Of a stretch of 64,000 nt of DNA, positions 10,523 to 19,214 are shown piece by piece (position 1 is the first letter of the stretch; every line of letters begins with the position of its first letter). The notes beneath the pieces are model-generated. The model did not search any database and was not told the origin of the DNA. It saw only the letters and a program-made list of their open reading frames with translations. A program made the position numbers and the translations under genes. Source of the DNA: an uncultured delta proteobacterium (lineage in GTDB: Bacteria; Myxococcota; Kuafuiibacteriia; Kuafuiibacteriales; Kuafuiibacteriaceae); the NCBI GenBank assembly GCA_963803435.1, contig CAWDML010000001.1, forward strand, positions 256,001 through 320,000, read 5' to 3'.

Positions 10523-11869
10523 GTGGAGGACCTGTTGCTCTTCATGTTCGGGATCGTCCCGGCGCTGTGTGGCCCGCTGCTGCTCCTCGTGGTGCGGGAC
10601 AAGCTGGTGCAGCGCTCGTGGCGCCGCTCCGCCACCCAGCTGGAGCTGGGCTTCAGCGCCGGGCCTCTGATGGGCGGTGACCGGATGGACGGGACGCTCA
10701 GCGGCCATCGCGTCGTCATCACCAACGAGCTGCGCCGCACCACGCGCGTCCTGCTCGACGCCAGCCGCGCCATTCCGGCCGAGATCCAGCTGAGCCTCAA
10801 GGCGTGGGGCTTCATCCGCGCGGAGGAATCGCTGGCCACCGGAGACGAGGACTTCGATCGGACCGTCTTCGCCACCGGTCCGCGCGCGGAGCTGCTGGCG
10901 CGGCTCAACAGCGAGACCCGCACGATCGTTCGCGACGCCATCACTGCACCGCCAGGACGTTTCACCGCGCAGCTCGAGATCGCGAACGGATGGATCATCT
11001 ACACGGCGCCGGGCGTGCTGGTGAAGATGAAGAACCTCAAGTGCATCATCCTCACGCTGGTACGCGTCGCGGAGGCGATGGCGCTGCACGACTCGGTCCC
11101 GGCAGCCCTGCGAGACAACGCCTGCTCCACGCACGAAGCCGCTTCGGTACGCCTGAAGAACCTTCGCGCGCTGATCGAGCACTACGCCGACAGCTCGGAG
11201 ACCACCGACGCGTGCCGGACCGCTCTGCGCGCCCGGAGCTGGTCGCTCAGGTTGGCCGGAGCTCGGTACCTCGACCGCTCCCGAGAAGGGATCAACACGC
11301 TGCTCTCGATCATGCGCAGCCCGGAGGCGCCTCCGAGGGCGCGCGTGCGGGCACTCCGGCATCTCATCGGTCTCCAAGGCCGACTCCCCCCGGACAGCGA
11401 CGTCATCGCGATCTCCCGCGCGCCCACGCCCGAGCTGCGGGTGGCGGCCGCCGAGGTGCTCGGCCTCCGCCGATCCGATCTTGCGATCGATCGGTTGCTC
11501 GAGATGGTGCGCGATCCGCGGTTCGAGGTGGTCGAGCGCGTCGCGGCGCACCTGGCCGCCATCCCGGACGAACGGTGCGAGCGCGCGCTCATCGCGCTGC
11601 TCGAGCACGACATGATCGAGGTCCGCCGCGCCGCCGCCCGTGGGCTCGAGCAGGTCGGCTCCGTGAACGCGGTCGAGCCCCTGATGGCGTCGACACGCGG
11701 CGTGCTGACCGACATCGAGCTGAAGGCGATCGCCCGCCGCACCATCGCCCGGATCCAGGGTCGCCTGATCGGCGCGGATACCGGACACCTCTCGCTGGCC
11801 GAGCGCGACGCGCAGGGCTCGGTCAGCTTCGCCCGCAGCGAGGGTGGCCTCAGCCTGAAGGAAGGGTAG
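10523..11869 (+). CDS. Membrane-anchored HEAT-repeat protein
   Basis: N-terminal TM; C-terminal repeats such as LRVAAAEVLG and VRRAAARGLEQVGSVNAVEPL. Confidence 0.75.
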   Translation: MEDLLLFMFGIVPALCGPLLLLVVRDKLVQRSWRRSATQLELGFSAGPLMGGDRMDGTLSGHRVVITNELRRTTRVLLDASRAIPAEIQLSLKAWGFIRAEESLATGDEDFDRTVFATGPRAELLARLNSETRTIVRDAITAPPGRFTAQLEIANGWIIYTAPGVLVKMKNLKCIILTLVRVAEAMALHDSVPAALRDNACSTHEAASVRLKNLRALIEHYADSSETTDACRTALRARSWSLRLAGARYLDRSREGINTLLSIMRSPEAPPRARVRALRHLIGLQGRLPPDSDVIAISRAPTPELRVAAAEVLGLRRSDLAIDRLLEMVRDPRFEVVERVAAHLAAIPDERCERALIALLEHDMIEVRRAAARGLEQVGSVNAVEPLMASTRGVLTDIELKAIARRTIARIQGRLIGADTGHLSLAERDAQGSVSFARSEGGLSLKEG

Positions 11870-11881
11870 CGCTCCGCGCGG

Positions 11882-12325
11882 ATGTCACCTCGAGTTCACC
11901 CGCCCGACCGGCGAGCTGGGACCTGCCGGACATCTTTCACCAGCGGCTCGGTCGAGAAGCCGGGCGCCCCGAGCGAACGGCGCTCCTCTTCTGGCGCAAC
12001 GCCGCCGGGGCCTGGAGATCGGTGGCGCCCGGGACGGTCGGCCTGCCCGGCCTCAAGGCCCTGCTCGATCCCTACGCTACCTGCGTCGCTCTTCGAGATC
12101 CTACGCGCCATCAACCCGGTTCGGCGCGCGCTCCACAACTTGCAAGCCGCGTTGCAATACGCCCGCGAGCACGTCGGGCACGACCAGGAGCTGATCAGCC
12201 TGCGCGACCGGGCGATCGACATTTCCCGCGCTGCTGATCTGCTGGCGGAGGACTCGCGGATCGCGATGGCGTACGAGCTCGCCAGGGTCGAGCTGGTGCT
12301 GCGGTCGCGGGTGAGCCGAGAGTAG
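11882..12325 (+). pseudogene. Degenerate or frameshifted gene, weakly reminiscent of CorA-like soluble-domain proteins
   Basis: Protein-like text switches frame: WDLPDIFHQRLGREAGR..FWRNAAGAWRS in one frame, LFEILRAINPVRRALHNLQAALQYARE..LISLRDRA in another; no TM tail. Confidence 0.35.
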
Positions 12326-12408
12326 CTCTCAGATCGCCAGGCGCAGATCCGTGAAGTGCGGAGACTCGGCCGGCACCGGATCGACCAGGCCCGGGGACGG
12401 GAGGCGGC

Positions 12409-13360
12409 TCAGCGCCAGGAGAGGCGTTGCTCGATGCGGGCCGCGAGCTTCGGGTCGATCCGATCCTTCACACCCGCCAGCTCGGCGCGCGTGGTCGGGT
12501 GGTGGATCTGCACGATCGTCTCCACCAGCGCGTCCGCGTGGGCCGCCGCGTCGGGCGCGGCGAGCATCTGGATCAGCGCGTGGCTGGCGGCGGCCTGGAT
12601 GGCGTCCTGGTCCGGGTTCGCCTCGCGGCGCAGGACGAACGGGCTCCCCGAGGCGCCGAGCGCGCGGATCGCCGCCAGGCGCAGCGCCGGATCGCCAGCG
12701 GCGTCGATGATTGACTTCACCGCCGTCCGGGTGCGGAGCTGGCCGAGCCCCTGAACCGCGCCGGTCCGCAGCTCGACCGCCGGCGCAGTGAGAAGCGCGT
12801 TCAACGTCCCCTCCGAGCGGAGGCTCGAGGCGGCCAGACCGCGGAGCCCGATCCCGGAAGTGGTCGTCGCCCACCACGCGCTCGAGCGCGCGCTGGGCCG
12901 CCGGGTGCGACGAAGCGCCGAGCGCCACCACCACCGCGTCCTCGAGGGCGACGCGCTCGGCCGTCGTGGAGACCGGATAGCGGTCCATCGTCTTCAAGAG
13001 CAGCTCGAACAGGATCGGCCCGACGTCGAGCCGCACCAGCTCACGACCCGCCTCCGGGTCGGGACGGCGGCGCTTCAGATAGTGCGCGGAGTCGAGCCCC
13101 TCGAGCGCGTAGGCCCGCTCGGCGTCCACACGTCGCGTCATCCAGAAGTAGGCGGCGTCGGCGATGACGTCGCTCTGCCAGGAGTCGCGATCGTAGCGGC
13201 TGGCCGCGCAGCGCGCAGCGAGCTCGGCGGGCGAGCCCTGCTCGAGGAGGTGGGCCCGAGCCGCCTCGTACTCGGCGCCGGTGGCCCGCTCCATCGTTTG
13301 CAAGGCGTCCTGCGTCGGCGACGCCAGCGCCAGCAACAACAACATCGGCTCCATCGCCAT
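12409..13360 (-). CDS. Exported HEAT-repeat protein; frameshift near 12850
   Basis: MAMEPMLLLLALA signal; AVVVALGASSHP, LRTGAVQGLGQL, LRLAAIRALGA. Start overlaps the repaired PAD stop (TGATG). Confidence 0.7.
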
Positions 13361-15622
13361 CACTCCTTCTCCCACCAGAGCTGCGAGTAGGGCGCATGCT
13401 CGATTCTCGGTACCGCAGTGCGCCTCGCCGAGGTTCACGTGGTAGCTCTCGTATACGTCGACGAAGGCCACGTGGAGGCCGAGCGCCTCGAGCGGGCAGT
13501 CGCGTGTCGGTCTGCCAGGCGTCCTCACCGGACTCGTCCGGTCCCTCGGGATCGGGCACCAGCAGCGTATCGCGCAGCGTGACCAGGTTCTGGATGCCCG
13601 GGTTGTAAGCGACGGCGTAGTCCGCGTCGAAGTCGCGGATCACCTCGTAAAGGACGGGGACCTCGATGATGTCGGCCGCGTCGAGCCCGAGCTCGCTGAC
13701 CAGCTTCTCGCGGACCGTGTCGATCCGCATCTGCGCCGACTCGTTGTACGACATCCGCGCCGCGCTGTTGAGGATCGCGCTGACCGTGGTCTGCTCCTGC
13801 CGGCCGGCGAAGATCGGCTGAGAGCCGAGCCCGGCCGCCTCCAGCCGCTCGAGGGTCTGGACCGCCAGCGCCGGGGACGCGATCACCAGCGCGAAGTCCT
13901 TGCCGTTGCTCCGGCTCGGATCCGGGACGAACTGGAAGATCTCGTCGAGGTGGCCGACGTACAGCCACTCGCTGGTCAGCTCGATCGGGGGCCCCTGGAT
14001 CTGGGCGCCGAGGAAGGAACGCTGTGCCAGCGACATGTGGTCCTCGTACGGGATCCCCATCAGCGTACCGCCCGCGCCACCGCCGAACATGATCCGACCG
14101 TACGGATAGTCGGTCCCGTTCGACGAGTGGGGCGGCGCGACCTCGAGGTTGCCGCCGTAGTTGAGCGAGGTCTCGCCGCCGCCCGGATAGATATAGCCGT
14201 AGTCCGCCGCCGACCCGCTCCCGCGTCACGAAGTACTCGAGCCCGTCGGCGCCGGTGGGGCGCGAGGTCTCCATGTATGTCTGCAGCGAGTGCAGCCCGT
14301 CGGGCGTCGGCAGCACCTGGTAGCCGGTCTGCATGTTGTCCTGCACCCAGCGGTCCGCGTAGTAGCGATACTGATCGACGTCGTAGAGATCCACGCCCTC
14401 CGGCAGCTCGTCCTGACGATCACGCTGTAGAACTCGAGGTTTTCGCCGAGTTGCCGATCCGAGATGTGCATGACGTAGAGGATCTGGGCGGGCTGCAGGT
14501 TGTCGGGGAACAGCACCGGCGCCACCCGCATCATCACCGCGTCCGTCGCCGGCTCCTCGCCTGGCCGCGCGATGGCGAGCGTGAGCTCCAGCGTGCCGTC
14601 CCAGTTCGCCAACCGCGCTGCTGGTGCCCTCGACGAACAGGTGGACCTCGCCGGCCGCCACCCGGGACGGGTCGATGCTCGCCTCGGAGTCGGTCGGCGC
14701 CAGCAGCTCCGTCAGCGCGCCGTCGGTCTCGATGAACACGCGCGGCGTGTCCTGCGCCGGCCCCACCGAGAGCGTCACCGTGGCGTCGCTCGGGGAGATC
14801 GGGATACGCGCCGATGGTGAGGGGCGCCAGGTCCGCCATGTCCTCGAGGCCCGACACCACGCTGTCCCGCCAGTCCTGCGCGCCGTCGCCGTCGTCATCG
14901 TCGACGTTGGCGAGGAAGATCGCGCCGCCCGCCGGGGAGAACGCGTCCTCGAGGGCGTCGTCGGCGTCGGTGATGGTGCCGTCGCGATCGGTGTCGACGT
15001 CGAGGTCGGGCCCCGGGAGGATTGTGAGCGCGGGACCCGATCCCTGGCCCACACCACCGCGCCAATCACGCACCTCGACCTTCGGCGTGAACGTGCCGGC
15101 GACCGAGTAGGCGTGCGGGGTCGGCCCCACCGGCGCGAACTCGGTGTCGAACGTGCCGTCCCCGTCGAAGTCGAAGCGGGACTCGAGCGGGTTCGGCTCC
15201 CCGTCCGGATCGACGCTCGCGCTGGCGTCGAGCGTGACCTCCAGCGGCTGCCGTCCGGTCAGCGGCGACACGTCGAGCTTCACGACCGGCGGCTGATTCT
15301 CGCGGACCGAGATGGCCACCGAGGCGATCGCCGTGTGCTTGCCGTCCGAGATCTCGACCCGGGCCTGCACCGCGCCGGCGGCCGCGTATTCGTGCTCGAT
15401 CTGCGGGTCGCTGCTCGGGTCGGTGTCGAACGTGCCGTCGCCGTCCAGGTCGAATCGATACCGGGCTTCGGCGGTCTCGAGCGGGAGGGGGCTCGCCGTC
15501 AGGCGCACCGTCAACGGCGCGATGCCGTCGGCAGGCTCGGCGGTCATCGACACACCGAGCTCGTCGCCACATCCGAACGCGAGGAGGCACAACCACGGGC
15601 TCAGCCTCAAAGGGGCTCTCAT
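13360..15622 (-). CDS. PKD-domain lipoprotein protein-arginine deiminase (animal/cyanobacterial-type PAD); about 6 frameshifts
   Basis: LAFGC lipobox; 2 PKD-like repeats; LDVDTDRDG, GAIFLANVDDDD, RVAPVLFP, DRWVQD, GGNLEVAPP..YPYGRIMFG, WLYVGHLDE, GEAHCGT, C-terminal LWW. Shifts near 14795, 14620, 14417, 14208, 13495 and 13404. Confidence 0.85.
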
Positions 15623-15901
15623 GGCGGGAAGTCTCGCCTTTTGGGCGATCGCGGACGTCGGACGAGCAACCGCCCTGGGGATGCCCCTCAACGCGGGTCG
15701 GCAAGACAGGCCCACCGCGACGGCCCGGCGCACCCTCGGGCTCCAGGGCCTCGACCCGCTCGAGATCGATCGCCGCCGGGAGGCGTGGGCAGACGCGTGC
15801 GCGAGTCGGGAACGCGGGTGATCGCCGGGCGCCGAAACCATAATCGTTCTGCAGGGGCGTGGAAGCTGCGAGTGCGCAGGACCGCCAGGAGGCCAACATC
15901 G

Positions 15902-16189
15902 ATGGGATTCTTCTCAGATCTCGGAAACGGTATCGCCAGCGTCGTCCAAGCCCCCTTCGAGGCGGTGGGCGGGCTCGTCAAAGGCGTCGGCGAGGGCGTC
16001 GGCGCCATCCTGAACGGCGCCTCGCAGTGTCCGCAGACCGCGCCCCAGTACGCGGGCAGCTGCGCCGCCCAGTGCCAGGGTCAGGACCCGATGATGGCGA
16101 TGCAGATGCTCGCGCTGCAGAACGCGATGCTCACCAACATGATGCTGTTTCGCAGCCTTTACTCCCCGTGCCTCGGCGGCGGCATGTAG
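15902..16189 (+). CDS. Small Gly-rich, Gln/Met/Cys-containing hypothetical protein (95 aa)
   Basis: AGGAGG SD upstream of ATG 15902; MGFFSDLGNGIASVV..GGLVKGVGEGVGAIL. Confidence 0.65.
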   Translation: MGFFSDLGNGIASVVQAPFEAVGGLVKGVGEGVGAILNGASQCPQTAPQYAGSCAAQCQGQDPMMAMQMLALQNAMLTNMMLFRSLYSPCLGGGM

Positions 16190-16198
16190 CGAGGTACC

Positions 16199-16537
16199 AT
16201 GAGCGCTGACCAGCTCCACCCGATCGCCCTCGAGGCGAGCATGTGCTTTCTCAAGGACGCGCGCGGCTTCAGTGAGGCGTCGATCGCGAAGATCGCGGCG
16301 AGCCTGGAGTCGCTCCGCGGTCAGCCGGAGCTCGGTCCGGCGGTCGCGTCGCTGATCCAGGTGGCGCAGCACCTCGAGACCGTCGAGAAGGCCAGGCCCG
16401 CGGCGCTGGCGCTGATGCGCGTGGCGATGTCGCAGACCGGGGCGCTCGAGGCGGTCAACCGGAAGGCGCAGCTCGCCGGTGAGGACGTGGCCCGGCGCAA
16501 GCGGCAGGAGTTCGCGAAGTTCTCCGGCCAGCGCTGA
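16199..16537 (+). CDS. Hypothetical helical protein
   Basis: Starts 9 nt after the previous stop, GAGG SD, typical codon bias. Confidence 0.6.
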   Translation: MSADQLHPIALEASMCFLKDARGFSEASIAKIAASLESLRGQPELGPAVASLIQVAQHLETVEKARPAALALMRVAMSQTGALEAVNRKAQLAGEDVARRKRQEFAKFSGQR

Positions 16538-16540
16538 GGA

Positions 16541-17432
16541 TCAGCGCGTGCGCCGCATCTGCAGATCGGCGTAGATCAGCTCGACGAACGCGTCGGCCTT
16601 GATGAAACCGCCGCCCCAGGTCGACGCCCACTTGGCGAGCGGCTTGTCCTTCTTGATCGCCTCGAGCGACTTCCCCTTCTTCACGAGGCTCTCGACGGCC
16701 GCCACCATCTCTTTCAGCGCCGCCGCGAACTTCTTCACGTCGTCGACGGTGGAGGGTGTGCCGTGGCCGGGGATGACCTTCGCGTCCTTCGGGAGCTGCG
16801 GAATGATCGTCTCCAGATCCGCGACCAGCCCGACAACGCTCCCGCCGCTGGCGACGTCCACGAACGGGAAGCCGTAGGTGACGAAGTCGTCGCCCATGTG
16901 CACGACGTTCGACTGGGTGAAGATGACGACGCTGTCGCCGTCGGTGTGGCCCGGCGGCAGGTGGATCACGCGGATGTCCTCGCCGTTGAGGTGGACCGTG
17001 AGGCCGTCCGCGTAGGTGATCACGGGGAGCGCGACCGCCTTTGCCGGCGGGGTCGCCGGAAGATCGCGGCCGCCCACCTTCCGCGCCGCCATCCCCTCCT
17101 TCAGCCGCTTGCGCACGTTCTCGTGCGCGACGATGGTGGCCTCGGCGCCGAATCTTCTGGTTCCCGCCGGTGTGGTCGCCGTGCCAATGCGTGTTGATCA
17201 CGAACCGCACGGGCCCGGGCGCGATGCTCTTGATCGCGGCGCGGATCTTCGGGGCGAGCGGTGCGAACTGATCGTCGATCATGACGATCCCGTCCTTGCC
17301 CACGGACACGGCGATGTTCCCGCCGGCCCCCACCAGGAGATAGACCGAGCCGGCGACCGGGAAGGCCTCGATCTCCACCTTGTCGAAGCTCTGCTGGCCG
17401 ATCAGCAGCGCGAGCAGCGCGATCGCGTTCAT
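16541..17432 (-). CDS. MBL-fold metallo-hydrolase (cyclase-like); frameshift at 17150-17154
   Basis: INTHWHGDHTGGN, then (repaired) AEATIVAHENVR, GHTDGD, HMGDD, VIPGHG. Confidence 0.9.
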
Positions 17433-18268
17433 GTGAGGCTCCCCTCTGTCAGCTTTCGGTACGCCCCCAGCACGCGGAGCGCCTCCTGGTGGCGTGAGAG
17501 GCGCTCGAGCAACCGGGCCAGGTTGTAGTAGGCGTCCTTGAACAGCGGCTCGGTCCGGATCGCGCGCTCATACGCGGTCACCGCCTCCTCGGAGCGACCC
17601 TGATCGTCGAGGACCACGCCCAGGTTGAAGATGGCGGTGGCGTCCTCGGGCCGCGCGATCATCGCCATCCGGTAGTGGGCCTCGGCCGCGCCCAGCTCCC
17701 CGGACTGGTGCAATAGGCGACCGAGGTTGAGCCGGACCTCCCGGAACTCGGGCTCGAGCTCGAGGGCACGGCGGTAGGCGTCCCGGGCCTGCTTGGGCGC
17801 ACCCGTCTCCAGCTCGCACCCCAGCTCGAACCAATCTTCGGCGGTCATCTCGGCGTCGACCGGATCGGCCGTCGGGAGCTTCGGGATCAAGCGGGTCGGA
17901 GCTCGGATCTCGCCCCGATCCCCGAACGCGAAGACCGACTGGCCCGACTCGGGGATCCAGATCCGGTCGCCGTCCTTCGCGACCACGGCATCGCCGACGG
18001 CCTCGAGGTCGACGCTGGTGATCGGCTGATCCTGCGGAAGCTGCCGTTTGAGCTCGCTGAGCGCGTTCCGGACCCGAACGGCCGGCACGCGCTTGTCGAG
18101 CAGCCCCTTCGCCGTCCGGAGCATGACGAGGTCCCTGAACGAGAACCGATACTCGCCGCGCTCTCCCCTCTCGGGATCGAGGAAACCGGCGCGAACGAAG
18201 GATCGGATCTGTCCGACCGATAGGTCGAGGAGCCCCGAAGCCTCTCGCGACGTGTATCCGCTCCCCAT
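17429..18268 (-). CDS. MerR-type HTH + TPR protein
   Basis: N-terminal YTSREASGLL..IRSFVRAGFLDP..YRFSFRDL; C-terminal TPRs (AYRRALELEP, NLGRLL, FNLGVVL, YYNLARLL). Confidence 0.8.
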   Translation of the reverse strand: MGSGYTSREASGLLDLSVGQIRSFVRAGFLDPERGERGEYRFSFRDLVMLRTAKGLLDKRVPAVRVRNALSELKRQLPQDQPITSVDLEAVGDAVVAKDGDRIWIPESGQSVFAFGDRGEIRAPTRLIPKLPTADPVDAEMTAEDWFELGCELETGAPKQARDAYRRALELEPEFREVRLNLGRLLHQSGELGAAEAHYRMAMIARPEDATAIFNLGVVLDDQGRSEEAVTAYERAIRTEPLFKDAYYNLARLLERLSRHQEALRVLGAYRKLTEGSLT

Positions 18269-18317
18269 CCGCGCGCCGCGGAGATCAGAGCAGGATGCGA
18301 TCGCGACTGCAACGATC

Positions 18318-19193
18318 TCAGCTGGCGGTCTTCTTCTTCTTGGCCGGGGCTTTCTTGCTCGACTTGGCCCTCTTGGCCGGCTCCGCCTCCACCGGCGCAG
18401 CGGACGCGGGTGTGTCGTCCATCGCCCCGAGGCTGGCCTTGAGCGCGTCCATCAGATCGATGATCTGCGCGCGCGGAGCCTCGGCCGGCGCGACGGTGAC
18501 CGCCTCGCCGTCGATCTTCTGCTGGATCACGGCCTCGACGCGCTTCTTGACCTCGTCCTCGTAGTTCTCGGCGTGGAAGTCGTCCGCAGCGATCTGGTTG
18601 ATCAGCTGCATCGCCAGCGCGATCTCACCCTCCTTGAGCTCGATCGAGTCGTCGAGCGGGATCTCGGAGAACGGCACGACCTCGTCCGCGAAGTAGAGCT
18701 GGTGCATCGCGATCCCGCCCTCGTGCGGCGCCAGCATCACCAGGTAGGTCTTCCCGCGCGCCGCATACTTGGCGATCGCGTGGCGCCCACAGGTGCGCAT
18801 GGCCTCCGAGAGCAGCCGGTAGGCGCGCTCGCCGCCCTTATCGGGACCGAGCCAGTACGTTTTCTGCAAGTAGACCTGCGGAACGGTCTCGGACGGCACG
18901 AACTCGGTGATGTCGATGGACTGGGTCGACTTCTCCTGGAGCTGCTTGAGCTCCTCCTCCGTGAAGAGGACGTACTGGTCCTTGGCGTACTCGTAGCCCT
19001 TGACCATCTCGCTCCGTTCGACCACGCGGTTGTCGTCCTTGGGGTCGATGTACTGCTGCTTCAGCTTGTGGCCGGTCTTGGAGAGGAGATTGAAGGAGAT
19101 CGAGGCCTTCGAGTTGCCCGAGCTGTAGAGCTTGACGGGAATGTTCACGAGTCCGAAGGAGATGGAAGCTGTGCTGACAGCTCTGGGCGCCAT
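18318..19193 (-). CDS. ku: NHEJ DNA end-binding protein Ku
   Basis: ISFGLVNIPVKLY, MVKGYEY, IDITEFVP, IIDLMDALKASL, basic tail. Confidence 0.95.
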   Translation of the reverse strand: MAPRAVSTASISFGLVNIPVKLYSSGNSKASISFNLLSKTGHKLKQQYIDPKDDNRVVERSEMVKGYEYAKDQYVLFTEEELKQLQEKSTQSIDITEFVPSETVPQVYLQKTYWLGPDKGGERAYRLLSEAMRTCGRHAIAKYAARGKTYLVMLAPHEGGIAMHQLYFADEVVPFSEIPLDDSIELKEGEIALAMQLINQIAADDFHAENYEDEVKKRVEAVIQQKIDGEAVTVAPAEAPRAQIIDLMDALKASLGAMDDTPASAAPVEAEPAKRAKSSKKAPAKKKKTAS

Positions 19194-19199
19194 GGCGGT

Positions 19200-19205
19200 A
19201 TCATA
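19200..19205 (-). promoter_or_regulatory. -10-like hexamer TATGAT 6 nt before the ku ATG (leaderless-type)
   Basis: TATGAT-ACCGCC-ATG; no SD. Confidence 0.5.
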
Positions 19206-19214
19206 GCGCGTTCC

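Noticed and set aside
15681-15821. 46-codon ORF between the PAD and the small peptide gene
   Set aside because: No motif and no clear RBS; likely intergenic.
18048-19214. Apparent 1247-aa LigD with a long N-terminal extension
   Set aside because: The extension is the antisense of ku and MerR-TPR; LigD motifs begin after ATG 19215.
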